Positions 39,317 through 55,502 of a stretch of 64,000 bases of DNA are shown here, in pieces; within the stretch, counting starts at the first letter, position 1; every line of letters begins with the position of its first letter. Source of the stretch: Eledone cirrhosa (taxonomy: Eukaryota); contig OZ024740.1 of assembly GCA_964016885.1 (NCBI GenBank), forward strand, positions 91,822,001 through 91,886,000, written 5' to 3'. Under the pieces are notes generated by a model that had not been told where the DNA came from, did no database searches, and saw nothing but the letters and a program-made list of their open reading frames with translations. Position numbers and translations under genes: made by a program.

Positions 39317-39614
39317 GGAGGTGAGTTTTATTGTAGTACAATAGAGCAATGCAGATATCGGATAAGAAGCACTCTACAGTTTGTAAGACTGGAGTATACA
39401 TAATATATAAGATCAAAAGATGGTTAAATGAGTTCCATGTATTTTATTATGGGCATTTCAAAAACAAATATCATCATGCAATAAGATTTGTGTTTTCATC
39501 AGATACACTATTTTATCTGATGAAAACACAAATGTTATTGCATGATGATATTTTTTTTTGAAATGCGCATAATAAAATACATGGAACTCATTTAACCATC
39601 TTTTGATCTTATAT

Positions 39615-39620
<6 letters not shown>
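39314..39620. mobile_element. Fold-back element, ~105-bp arms plus tail
   Basis: Arms ~39398-39504 / 39515-39620, tail 39314-39397, (TA)n flanks. Confidence 0.85.
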
Positions 39621-39671
<51 letters not shown>

Positions 39672-39689
39672 AGAGGGAGAGAGAGAAAG

Positions 39690-40193
39690 ATGGAAACGGA
39701 ATTTCATGTCTCACTCTTAGTACGGCTGATACTTAATGTAAGTATGTATGTATGCGTGCACACGTATATGTATACAGACGTACAGTAGTATGTATATATA
39801 TATACATACATGCACACATATATATATATATATATATGTACGTATGTGTTTACAGAACATTTATTACTATGTTCGGTTTGTTTGTAAACAAATAGCCCGA
39901 ATTACTCCGTACAATGTTCAGGCAACCATCGTTCGCCTCCTTGTTCAACAAAGACACAGGAACAATGTACTAGTTTGAAGCTTATTAGCCATCGTCAGCA
40001 TCGTATACCCTCCTGCCAGATGTATACCATACCGCCTGAATGTAAATACTTTCCTCATGCATATTAACAGTTGAGCAGCATAATTTGCATATCAAGTGAG
40101 TTAGTCGGCCGGGCGCACCGAAAACGATAAATGGAAAAGAATTAAACGAAATTTAATTTCTCACTCTTAGTACAGCTGATACTTAAATGTAAG

Positions 40194-40200
<7 letters not shown>
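39690..40200 (-). mobile_element. Family A copy with ~55-bp direct terminal repeats; hammerhead motif at 39964-40002 (-)
   Basis: TCTCACTCTTAGTACRGCTGATACTTAA(A)TGTAAGTATGTAT at ~39709-39749 and ~40159-40200; minus strand GATG-CTGACGA-TGGCT-AATA-AGCTT-CAAA-CTAG-TA-CATT. Confidence 0.75.
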
Positions 40201-40234
<34 letters not shown>

Positions 40235-40236
<2 letters not shown>

Positions 40237-40455
40237 CGAAGGAAATGTGGTAAAGAACCAGGTGGACCATAACGCACCAAAATACTCAATACTTAGGGTA
40301 GTAGAGTGGGTAATAGGAACGAGTAGGACCCCGACGGCTGAGCTCAAGCCGTTTCGACGGCTAATTCTGGACTAAATTAAAAAAAAAATTTTTTTTAAAT
40401 TCCAGAATTACCCGTCGAAACGGCTTGAGCTCAGCCGTCGGGGTCCTACTCGTTC

Positions 40456-40457
<2 letters not shown>
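40235..40457 (-). mobile_element. Fold-back element family D, copy 3
   Basis: Same tail and arm end as copies 1 and 2, with a longer A/T-tract loop. Confidence 0.85.
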
Positions 40458-40522
<65 letters not shown>

Positions 40523-40524
<2 letters not shown>

Positions 40525-40925
40525 CAAAATTTAAATTAAATTAAGGGTGTCATGTCAGATAGGCATGCGCCATATCCACTGTAATATATGCTCCAAAATT
40601 CCAATGAATATATCCGAGCATTTTATATCAACTAGAAATTGATTGACATATATATACCTAAAATAAACATATGAAACAATCACAGGGGACAATCTTTAAA
40701 ATGTGTAAGCACACACAGCTATGTGGGTAACTAATTAATGTGTAACAGCACTTCAAAAATAGATACCTTATAAATTGATTAATATATGTATAAGTTATTT
40801 ATTTTTGAAGTTCTAGTTAAACATTAATTAGATACCCACATATGTGTGTGTGCTTACACATTTTACAGATTATGCCCCTGTGGTTGTTTCATATGTTTAT
40901 TTTATACATATATATGTCAATCAAT
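40523..40925. mobile_element. Repeat family C, fold-back form
   Basis: ~40637-40762 is inverted relative to ~40799-40926; (TA)n flanks. Confidence 0.8.
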
Positions 40926-40929
40926 TAGT

Positions 40930-40992
<63 letters not shown>

Positions 40993-41042
40993 ATTCAGTG
41001 AGTGAGTGAGTCATTGCTGGAGATCGCTTAATAAACATCAGT

Positions 41043-41108
<66 letters not shown>

Positions 41109-41109
41109 G

Positions 41110-41865
41110 TTGGAAAAAAAGATGCCCTGAAACTACCATACTCTCGTCCTTCGGGTGAATATCTAGTGGTATCGAACAACATCAGAGACCTGGGAGTAAT
41201 TTCGGACAACAACATAAGCGGGTACACTCATATAAACACCAAAGTTCACATGGCCCGCATAATGTATTTTTGGATTCTCAGAACCTTCCAGTCGAGATAT
41301 ATCCACATTGTTATCCTTCTCTTCTCCACATTTGCCCGGCGCCACCTTGAATGTTGTTGTCCACTGCGGTCTCCCCACACGAAACAAAGTATCAAGAAAG
41401 TTGCAGCACCCCAAATGACAGGCCTTCACTATTGGAGTCTATTAGAAAAGTTCAACCATTATTCTCACTAACGTCGCAGTGAACGCTATATTATCTGCAT
41501 GATGTGGAAAATATTCCATCAGCTTTGCCCAAATGATGGTGGTAACACCTTTACTGTACATCCAAGGCTTGGGCCCCGTGCTATCCGCCCCTTGCATCTC
41601 ATAACAACAATACGGCACAATTATTTCACCCAAATTGACCCTGCTCTCTTTAACATTACCCCAAAGCACCTCAAAAATGGGAAGAGATACCATCAAGTTC
41701 AAGAAAACTTTGGACAAATTCCTTCAAGAAATCCAGGATAAGCCTCCTACACACGGATATCCCTGCTCGAGTGGACCATGGCGCCGAAACCGTGATTGTA
41801 AGTCTTCGCCAGCTGGTGCTATTAAGTTAGACATGGCCTGGGCAAAAATACGGCCAAACCTAACG
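41110..41865 (+). mobile_element. CR1-clade LINE 3' fragment
   Basis: [40 protein letters not shown]. Confidence 0.8.
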
Positions 41866-42460
41866 AAGTTATCAAAGTAGAATGTGTTTGCTGCAGCAGC
41901 AGATGTTCAAATAATACAATAAATCGAGATGGACTTGATAATTTCATTGCATTTGCATTCCGACAATGGGATTGATGAGTTAATATATGTATACAATAAC
42001 TACAACGGTACGTGATGAGGCCTACCCACAGACTCAGCCGATTGTGGTGAGTAAGGAGATAGCCCTGAGCCGAGAACACCAGAAGTCTGCACTGCAAGGG
42101 GTACGACCGCAAACCTGTCAGTGAGCGACCAGTGTTTGAAGAGTTTGACCCCCTCAGCCCGAAGCGCAGCAGAACCTGGGTCAGTTGCAGACTGCACCAG
42201 TTTGCGGCTGAAGAATGTGGCGGTGCAAGTGGCATCCCAGACGAGGGGTTTGCCTCGTGGAACGGGAAGATGGTCATGCCATCTGACCTTTTGCCGTCCC
42301 CTCGATCCAACCCCACGGGCTCGAGCTGGTAGGGAAGCCTGCAGCGTCTAAGCCATGCTTAAAGACATCATTGAGGGCAACATGATGTGGGATGCAGCGG
42401 GCACCGTGGCGACAGAAAAGTGGATGGAGGCCGAAATTGTCGACAGTGGAACCGCAGAGA
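41866..42460 (-). mobile_element. CRE-like RLE retrotransposon 3' fragment
   Basis: CLCG..GLHPLFC..HVALND zinc knuckle, [15 protein letters not shown] endonuclease motif, PLAVQTSG; abuts (TA)n. Confidence 0.7.
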
Positions 42461-42478
42461 CATATATATATATAGACA

Positions 42479-44815
<2,337 letters not shown>

Positions 44816-44821
44816 TAACTA

Positions 44822-46280
44822 GAGCTAACTCCATCCACCAGAGTATTAGTGTTAATATAGACTACCCAAGCAAACACCCCAACCATGGATTACCTGTACT
44901 AGACATAGAGCTCTGGTTAGATACCATTAATAACAAAACAACAATCCTCTATTCCCATTATGCCAAACCCATGACTTCCAAATATCTGATCCACCGAAAC
45001 TCAGCTATTTCGGACCATACAAAAATCAACATACTGATTGCGGATTTCGTACGGTTGATGAGAAACGTGTCCCGCATGTGCAACCCCAAAGAACAAGAGA
45101 GACACATACAACACTTCATCCACCGTATGCAGTTCTCTGGTTACAATCAGAGAGATACAATCAGAGTATATAGAGGAACCAGAACCAAATGGGAAAACAT
45201 GGTAAATAATGAAACAAATGGGACCTGCCCCTTGTATAGGAGCAAATTTTGGAATAGAATAGAAAGAACTAGGAATAAGGTTGATAGAATAAACTCATGG
45301 TATGATAGCAATAAATACCAGAGTGTAATGTTCGTCGATACAAACACTAGAAGTGAATTAGCTTACACATTTAGAAGGGCCCTAGATAAACATAAACTCA
45401 ATATTAAGATAGAAGAAAGACAAGGTACCTCCATAAAAAACACTTATTAGCAATACTTACCCTTTTCAAAGACCTCCCTGTATAGAAAATAATTGTATAA
45501 TCTGTAAAGTAAGCCCCCATATTAACTGTAAAACTAGAAATGTTGTATATAGCATAAGATGTACTGAAAGACAATGTAGAGATAAGAATATAGTGTACAT
45601 AGGTGAAATATCTCGTAGTGTAGGGGAACTGATAAATGAACACTGGCGGGACCTTCAAGATAGTAAAGAATCATCTGTACTCTACCAACATGCTAAAATA
45701 GAACATAATGGTAAATTAGAGAACATAGAAATAAAAATAGAATCTACACACATAAAAGACGCAATGTTTAAACAAATCACAGAGGCAATAAACATAAATG
45801 AACTCCAACCAAAATTAAATAGAAAACATGAATGGAACAGCAACATCACATCTTACAATTAAGGACAACATGAAAAAACACGCGCACATAGAACAAACAA
45901 CCAACCAGTAACATGTAAATAAACAAATAAATAAACAAATGTAGACACACACAGACACCCGGATGTAACACATGCGCAAACTAAGCACACAACACACACA
46001 CAAACAAGATGGTGTAGGACAGAACAAAGGAGAGGCACACAAACAAAGAAACAAATCCCCAGTCACATAATGTGTGACGAAAGAACTTTGACAATATACA
46101 AACAATCATCTGGTTGTGGAACCAAACAACCGGAAATTATAAATTCCTAAATTTATAAATTCATTATAATAAATTGAAGTGAAAGTACCTGGTGCGTGTG
46201 TTTCTTATTGGCAATATGACCGACCCAAAGTATAACAATATCGGTTTCGACACACGTTTTCAGATAAAGAATCTTGTTAA
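44822..46280 (+). mobile_element. Inverted second copy of the Naiad-type PLE 3' half
   Basis: Reverse complement of ~42579-44053; DYP..LPVLD, YIGE, EAI.I..P.LN.K.EW. Confidence 0.85.
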
Positions 46281-46292
46281 AAATATATATAC

Positions 46293-46340
<48 letters not shown>

Positions 46341-46346
<6 letters not shown>

Positions 46347-46696
46347 AAAAAGAGATGAAATCGAAAATGCAACTGAAGTCTTATTTTTTTTTTAAATATA
46401 TATATTTATTTGGTTTCTTTACCCGTTTAGCAGTTCTTCTGCTTTTCAAAAGGTGAGTTGAGATGGAGGGTCTGTTGTTTTTCTCACAGATGTGAGAAAA
46501 ACCACAGACCATCTCAACTCACCTTTTGAAAAGCAGAAGAACTGCTAAACCGGTAAAGGAACCAAATAAATATATATATTTAAAAAAAAAATAAGACTTC
46601 ATTTGCATTTTCGATTTCATCTCTTTTTCTTTATACTTTCACTCGTGTAGGACACCTCGGTTATTTTTCATTTTGTAAAAAAAACCTCACTTTCTA
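46341..46696 (+). mobile_element. Fold-back element, ~145-bp arms plus tail
   Basis: Arms 46341-46488 / 46491-46634, tail to 46696, (TA)n flanks. Confidence 0.85.
46522..46559 (+). ncRNA. Minimal hammerhead motif (U3-A8 variant, G12 replaced by T)
   Basis: CCTT-TTGAAAA-GCAG-AAGAA-CTGC-TAAA-CCGG-TA-AAGG: 4-bp helix I, 4-bp helix II, palindromic helix III. Confidence 0.65.
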
Positions 46697-46710
46697 ATAT
46701 ATATATATAT

Positions 46711-47413
46711 GTCTCTGCGGTTCCACTGTGAACACGTTCGGCCTCCACCCGCTTTTCTGTCGCCACGGTGCCGGCCGCATTCCACGCCATGTTGCCCTCA
46801 ATGAGCTCTTTAAGCATGGCTTAGACGCTGCAGGCTTAACCTACCAGCTCGAGCCGGTGCGGTTGGATCGAGAGGACGGCAAAAAGTCAGTTGGCATGAC
46901 CATCTTCCCGTTCCACGGTGGCTAATCCCTCGTCTGAGATGCCACTTGCACCGCCACTTTCTTCAGCCGCAAACTGGTGCAGTCTGCATCTGACCCAGGT
47001 TCTGCTGCGCGTCGGGCGGAGTGGCCAAGCTACTCAAATACTGGTCGCTCTCTGACAGGCTTGCGGTCGTACCCCTGGCAGTGGAGACTTCTGTTGTCCT
47101 CGGCTCAGGGCTACCTCCTTACTCACCACAATAGGCGGAGACCTGGCCAGCCGCAGGTGTGATCCCCGCGAGTTGGAGTGGCTTTTTCAGTGCGTCTCCC
47201 TTGACGTCCTCCGGCAAAACGCCTTCTCCATTCTCTTCGGCTGAGTCTGTGGGTGGGCCCAATCACGTACCGTGGTAGTTGTTGTATACATATATTAACT
47301 CATAAATCCCATTGTCCTAATGCAAAATCAATGACATTATCAAGTCCATCTCAAATTATTGTATTATTTGAACATCCGCTGCTGCAGCAAACACATTCTA
47401 CTTTGATAACTTC
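46711..47413 (+). mobile_element. Inverted copy of the CRE-like fragment
   Basis: Reverse complement of 41866-42460; retains ~90 bp missing from the left copy. Confidence 0.8.
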
Positions 47414-48476
<1,063 letters not shown>

Positions 48477-49820
48477 CGACCGTGTGTATGTACAGGGATG
48501 TAACTTTGGGGATAAGGCCTCCATGTTAACACCTTAAGTTTATAAGATCAATCCTAAACCGACTTAGGGAACAGATTTATTTCTCATTACATGTCAACGA
48601 AGCTGGAAAACTACTTTATTCTAACCCTAAGCCTAAACCAATCTAATCCTATCACTAATATTTGCCTGCAAAACATAACCTGAATCATGAGACATTTCCA
48701 TTTTTCTTCATTTGATTCCTTTGACAAAGTAACTTTATATTTGAAAGTAAAATCAATTGATAGACATATTGAAACTGCAATATTCTATTTGATATTCAAG
48801 ATTGTATCAACTTAAAATAGCTTAAATTAGTAAACCAAATATAACTCTATTTGCAAATGCACCTTTAACATAACTTATTTGTAATAATGTGATTAATGAA
48901 ATAGAAAATAATTTGAAAGAAATCTTATAATACGTTCATCATAACATTTGAACAGGATAAATATTTTCTAATTCGAATGTTTTAAGATTGCTATGTAGTA
49001 CTTGCAAACAATCGAACAATTTAAGCTGGAATTAGATTTGTAGCTGTTTGATCTCTTCAGTCTCTTATAGTCTGTTATAATAATCGTACAGTATTTCTGT
49101 ATCTTCCGGTATTCAAATTGCAGCTTAACTGCATTAGGTTTTTATTGGAAATATTTATTACATTCAGTTTTAAGAAATAATTTTATATCAGAAACTAAGT
49201 TCTAAATAGTTCTAATTTTGTTTAAATTTAAACACCTATTCTCTTTTGAAATATTACTCTATTGAAAATCAATATTCGACCATTATTCAAATGTAAGGAA
49301 AGATATATTCATAATACAAAATTTGGATGTATAATTATGGGGAGACTATATAATAGCGATATTGGAAACTATTAATTTTACCTGAAATAGCTGCTAATTT
49401 ATTATACATGTACGGAAATGGAACATTTCTGTGAGATCAAAACTTGTGAGATTACAGATATTTTCGGAAATAAATTATACATTTAGAATATATTCTGAAA
49501 TAAAATTTGTCATTGCGAACAAATTTCTAAAGAAATGATTCACATAAGTAAACAAGAGAACAGCATCAATTATCCTTCGTTATATTTGTTCTATTTTTCG
49601 TTTTAAATAAATTCGACATAAAAAAAACACATGTAACCCCCAAATAACAACAGCATGTAAACGTATGACAATAAAGAAAGTTGGATAGATATTTGAACTG
49701 GAAGATACTGTCCATTCCAATCTAAATCTAAATCGTAAAACAATCATTTTAATAAGCAGGTGCAACGTTATTTAATTTGATATTATATATAATTCATAAG
49801 CATTATTCTATATTATCAAT

Positions 49821-50004
49821 GGTGGATTGGCAGTATTGGTAGAGGGTCGGACGTCAAGCTTTGGCCCATAGAGTTATGGCCCTTTCCATTCTGAGTTCAA
49901 ATCCCGCCGAGGTCAACTTTGCCTTTCATCCTTACGGGGTCGATCAAATAAAGAACCAGTAATGTACTGGGTATTTGCTGGCCTTGTGCCAAAAGCAGAA
50001 ACAC
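49821..50004 (+). mobile_element. Full-length tRNA-headed SINE with 18-bp TSD
   Basis: A-box-like TGGCAGTATTGG, B-box GAGTTCAAATCC; TSD TTATTCTATATTATCAAT at 49803-49820 and 50005-50022. Confidence 0.92.
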
Positions 50005-53000
50005 TTATTCTATATTATCAATAACATGAAGGCAATAACGGACTTAGGAGTATGCTCCGTAAATGATGAATGAGATAATCTTGAGAAATATAGTTTACAC
50101 ACTTTCAATACCGCACAGAAAAATCAAGTGCACATTTCTAAAGTTAGAATATGGTGATATTGTTTTCAATTACAATCATATCTCAATTCATTGTATGGAT
50201 TTACTTTAGATACAATACAGTCCCAAATAAAAATATTCTCATGTACATACAATATGTTGTTGTCGGAAGGGTCAAAGCAATAAGACTTGTGTGTTCACAG
50301 CAGAGGTATGTTGTATCTGTATGGTACATGAGATAGAATTTGCTAATTACTTGAGCTTTCGTAGGACGGACAAAGGATAACAGTATTAGCCAGAAGAATA
50401 CTATTTACGCGAATGTTGTTTCCGTAGTTGACTTATTAATGAAGGTGCCAGCAAATATGGAAGTCAACTTAATTACTTGATGTCACGTTTAGTGTAGTTT
50501 ATTTTGTGGATGAATAAAAAAGAAAGTTTGAAAATAAAATGTAATGGCATTTAGAGGCATATCAAATACACACACATGAAGAAAACTATGCCACGTACTG
50601 TGGATTGCAATTGTTGTTAACATTGTGATAGTTGATTAATTGGCCTTCTAAAATTGGATATATTTGTTAGTTGATGAGACAGGGTTGTTTGTGAGTTAGA
50701 TAAAATAAATTCTGTATTGCTTTTTACGTATAATTATTTGTGGTTTCTAACACATCAATTATATTACGCATGTGCGTTATTTAATTAATTCTACTTTGCT
50801 ATTGCTAAAATATACCACCTACAAACGCATTCCTGTTAGAAGAGGTTATTAATGAAAATTAATTTAGCACAGTGTCAAATATCGAATATGCCGAATATAT
50901 ACATACTTAACTCAAACGGTATTTGATCGTGGAAAGTTGTATCACATATTATCTGGATCAAAGAAATGAAGAAATGAAGAAATAAAGTGATGATCTGTAT
51001 GGTGTTTAATATGTTTAAACACATTCAAGAAAAAGAAGAATCTAACACACAGAGAAACAACTTCTTGAATGAAGTATTTTGATAATAATAGTTGGCAAAT
51101 TTCTAATTTTAAATGTCAAATTATCAACTTTTTGTCACCATAATGAGTGTATCATGGTTTTCATTAGCAGGAAAATGCCCATGCATCTACATAGTTCTTA
51201 TGAACATAGTGTGCTTCCCACTGAAATAATAGTCGTAATATGCATGATTTAACATTAGCAATGATACCTTTTAAATCAACATGGTAATTTTGTATTGCTT
51301 CATAATTATTGCGAACAGAACGGTGATTCCTTTATGTAGTAAATCTTCAAAAGTGTTGTGCTAAAACAGCCACTCCAACTCCGAGGTTTACATCTTGTTG
51401 AATACCATTGCCATTCTCCTTTAATAATAAATTGGATTCATCGTGTTCTCAGCAGTCATGATGTATTCAGCTATAAATTATTACACGAATAATCTATATC
51501 GGCAGATAATTACTGCATCCAATAGTGTCGATTGCATAATCATTATTAAGAATTGTGTATAATAAAATCATATTATGTCGCCTAAATAAATCCCATTTTT
51601 CATAAAATTTGCACACATAGAGTTTTCAACAATTTCTGTTATTATTTAGGAATCTACCAGTCAGCAAGTTGCTGCATCATATTATAAATCAGTGAAATAT
51701 TGAGATATAATTATTGAAGCTATCGTTTCAATAGCAAAAGTATGATGCTGCGTGATTATCTAAGTTCTCAGTGTAGATATTTGTTTTGGAGCACGTCCTT
51801 TTCTATGCAAAATAATTATAGAATGTTTCGTCCAAACCCTCTAAACAAACCCTCTAAACATACGATATAAATTGAAGAAATTCATTTATGTTATCTGGAA
51901 TATTTAAAAAATATTTTATTAAGAGCCGTTGCTTTAAGATGTAGCAGATCCATTTCCTTCTACGTTTGTGTGTATGTATATGTGTGGGGGGGGGGGTATG
52001 CGTGTGTGTGTGTGTATGTGTATGTGTGTGTGTGTGAGTGCACGTTTACACCACTGTGTGTGACAGCCTTCTGTTTAAAACGCCGATCTGTTTTATGATC
52101 ATAGAGACATCAAAGTAAAATGATTAAATTATATGTGTTTTCACATATCCTTGAGCAATGTGATTAATGTCCATTATGCTGATGTAATTGAAAATCTGCA
52201 AACTTTAATTTTTTTCTCATCTGTATTTGTCGAAGCAGTTTTAACGTGCCATCGTTTAGCTCACCAGAGGTCAAAAATTTGCATTTGAGTAATAGCGAAT
52301 ATTCTGAATCAACAATGTTCTGATTATGGATTTAAATATTCATTGGTAATCCGTGCATGTGATTAATAATTAAATAGATAATATTGATATAATTATACGC
52401 GATTTTTTCAAGGATTTAACTAAGCATCTGCGCGTTTTCACGTTCTGTGTTATAAGCCTGAACCAAGTGACATCTTCTTAAGTCACCCGTTGCGAAATAT
52501 CTTGCAAATGAACTTTGAATGCGGATTTTATACGTAGACATTATGATGAAAGTATCGGTGTTCTGTATCGCAACTAATATTTGTCCATTGATTGAGCGAC
52601 TGTTCTTCTCAAAGTTGCAGTAATAACATAGTGAGATTTTGTACTGAGAAATAAAGTGTGAGACAGTACCGTTATTCCCCATCTTAGTATTTTCATCTAT
52701 TCCTGATATACAATCTCTCGTAAGGTTAGGACACTCCAAATATAGACATTAGAGCGATTTACACATTAAATCAGCGTGGTAAATTTGGTTACATTAAGAT
52801 TTTCATTCAAGAGTATATTATTTCTGCCATAAAATATTTTGAGATTTAGAATAATCATATAAATGATGTTGCAATCGTTATGCGTAGTATCCATTTCCAT
52901 GTGTACCATAAATGTGTTTTAAATAATATTAGTATATATTTATGTATACTTCTTTTTGTCATATGTGTCATCAATATAAATTAAACATGCAGTATTTTAT

Positions 53001-53518
53001 ATCACAAATCGTCTTGTAAATCGGTCACTAAATTAATAGTTTCAAGCTTAGCCTAACTTTCTATAAATTAGATCAAACATATATTTTTTTATGTGTGAAC
53101 TGCATATAACAAAATAAATGATGGTGTTAGATTATACATGTCTTACCGAAGTAGAATTCTGAGTGATAATAGAATATAGTCTGGCCAGTAAACATTTTAT
53201 GTTTGCAAGCCAGACGCATTTGCATTAAATTTAGCATTTCAAACGAAGCAGTAGACATGGCATACATATAAAAAATGAATTGAATAGTAACGATCAGATA
53301 CAATAATAACAAAGAAAACAGTAGTTACAAGCTATATTTCCCGGGTGTTATTTCATGGTAATCCCAATTTACGTCAGCGTTTTGATCTACCATTGAATCC
53401 AGTGCATTCCCATTCAACATTACCAGGTAATAAATTAATATAAACATGCTTTCTTATGTCATAGAACATGAAGGCTACATTTTCTGATAATTATTTACTC
53501 GTCGTTATGGGATTTCAC

Positions 53519-53542
53519 CTACTACTACTACTACTACTACTG

Positions 53543-53622
<80 letters not shown>

Positions 53623-53795
53623 ACTACTGTTACTGATACTACTACTACTACTACTACAACTACTACTACTAATAATAATACTACTACTACTACCACCACT
53701 ACTGCTACTACTACTACTACTACTACTACTATTACTACTACTACTACCACTACTACCACTACTACTACTACTGCTACTATTACTACTACTACTAC

Positions 53796-53835
<40 letters not shown>

Positions 53836-53844
53836 CATAATAAT
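53519..53844. repeat. Compound (CTA)n/(CTG)n/(AAT)n trinucleotide microsatellite
   Basis: Directly visible. Confidence 0.95.
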
Positions 53845-55478
53845 GATTTCTTTATTAACCACAAGGGTTTACATAAAGTAGACATTAAGGACAGTGCAGG
53901 CAATGCAGGACGGTACAAATGGGCATTTTTGCGTGTAAAAAACAAAAACAGAGGATGTAACAAAAATAACAATGAAAATAACAATGAAAAATTCCCCAAT
54001 AGGGGGGAGACTTCGGAGGGAGATTTGTGGTGAAAGCCCAGTAAAAAGCCACAATGACCCTGACCACCAAGGCAAGTGCCCTCTCCCAGTTTTCCACCTT
54101 TAATTTACAGATATATACTCAGAGTAGGCCCATTCACTCGGGCCATTCTTGCTTCTCTCACCCATCTTTCAACAAAATGCTGGGAAGAGAGCACTTCCCT
54201 CTCTACTCTGATTTTCCTTTTCAAATGAAATTTGAAAAAGTCAATCAGAGCATCACCGAAGAGGTAAGTGCTCGTCTTCAGCCCTTTCAAACGTGTCCAC
54301 CATACTATCTCTTTCACCATGGCCACCAGGCAGATAAAAACTGCCTGCCCTTCCCGGCTAAAGGAGGAGGGCGGGGCAATCCTCACGATGGACTCAGATG
54401 ATAGCCGGATCCGTCCTAAACGCGACAGCAGGTGTTCGACATAAACCCATAAGTCAGCAATTTTCGGACACTGGACGAGTGCGTGCAGGACGGTTTCGTC
54501 GCCCTGCGCGCATCTCGGACATGCCCGGCTGACGGCACCTCCATGCCTGTAGAGTTTATCCCGAACTGGCAAGGCTCCTCGGTAGCACTGCCAGGCCAGA
54601 GATTTCTGGAAGTTGTCCATAGGCCCTGGCCCGAAAGTTCTTCCGAAGAGATTGGCTAGTTGATTTTCGTAGTGGTGTCGAGCGCCAAACACATCGAGGC
54701 GATCGGCACTACACTAAGAGAATACGAAGCGGTGACAGGAGCAATGATCAACCAGGAAAAGTCAGTGGGCCTGCAGCTCGGCACCTGGAGAGGCAGGTCC
54801 ATGCCGTCCAACAGCGTCGTCGGACGCTGGACGGACGGACCGGTTAAATTGCTAGGGGTCTGGTTCGGTCCGGACCTCCAGACGGACAAAAACTGGGACG
54901 AGGTGACGAGCAGGGTGGCTTCTCTCACCCAGAAATGGGCGGACAGGAAGCTATCCCTGAAAGTTCGAGCGGAGGTGGCTAACGCGTACATCGCGTCCGT
55001 CATCTGCTACCGTCTGACCGTCGTACCTTGTCCTAAGCCTCGCCTGACTGCGCTGGAGCGTTTGCTCTTTCGCTTTTTGTGGAAGGGACGCGCTCCGATG
55101 GTCAGGCGGTCCATCTGTTGTCAACACCCGCTACGTGGAGGGCTGGGCATGCCGTGGCTGATGATGCGCAGGCACGCGCTCAGGCTACGACATTTCCACC
55201 TCTTCCTCGACGGTGATCAGGTGTGGTCGCCGTTTGCTAGGCGCGTGTTTCCCCAGCTCGTTTCCTTGACGGAGCTGCAGTCCTGGGTCAAGCGAAGACC
55301 GAGAGGGAGCGCCTGGAGACTGGAATGTCTTCAGGCGCTCACAGCCCTCGACCAATCGGGCAATGTGATCGGTGGAAACTCCACCTCGGCGTTCTATAGA
55401 GGATTAGTGGAGGGGAAGAGCGATGACGTACTTGGGGAAACTCTAGGCGTCGACGAAAATCAACTAGCCAACTAGCCA
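53845..55478 (-). mobile_element. 5'-inverted (twin-primed) Tx1 insertion (Tx1-3c)
   Basis: 3' part on minus strand 53845-54669, upstream ORF2 part on plus strand 54670-55478; TSD AATAATAATCATAATAAT at 53827-53844 and 55479-55496; both reading frames essentially open. Confidence 0.9.
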
Positions 55479-55502
55479 AATAATAATCATAATAATACAA
55501 AT

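Noticed and set aside
48621-48650. Telomere-like CTAACCCTAAGCCTAAACC (and TTAGG units at ~47414)
   Set aside because: Too short and degenerate; the 47414 units belong to the CR1 3' tail.
52416-52739. 107-aa ORF as a possible host exon
   Set aside because: No recognisable domain; small host exons in 48.5-53.5 kb cannot be excluded without RNA data.
53468-53881. Poly-Leu/Ser/Val ORFs
   Set aside because: Trinucleotide microsatellite.
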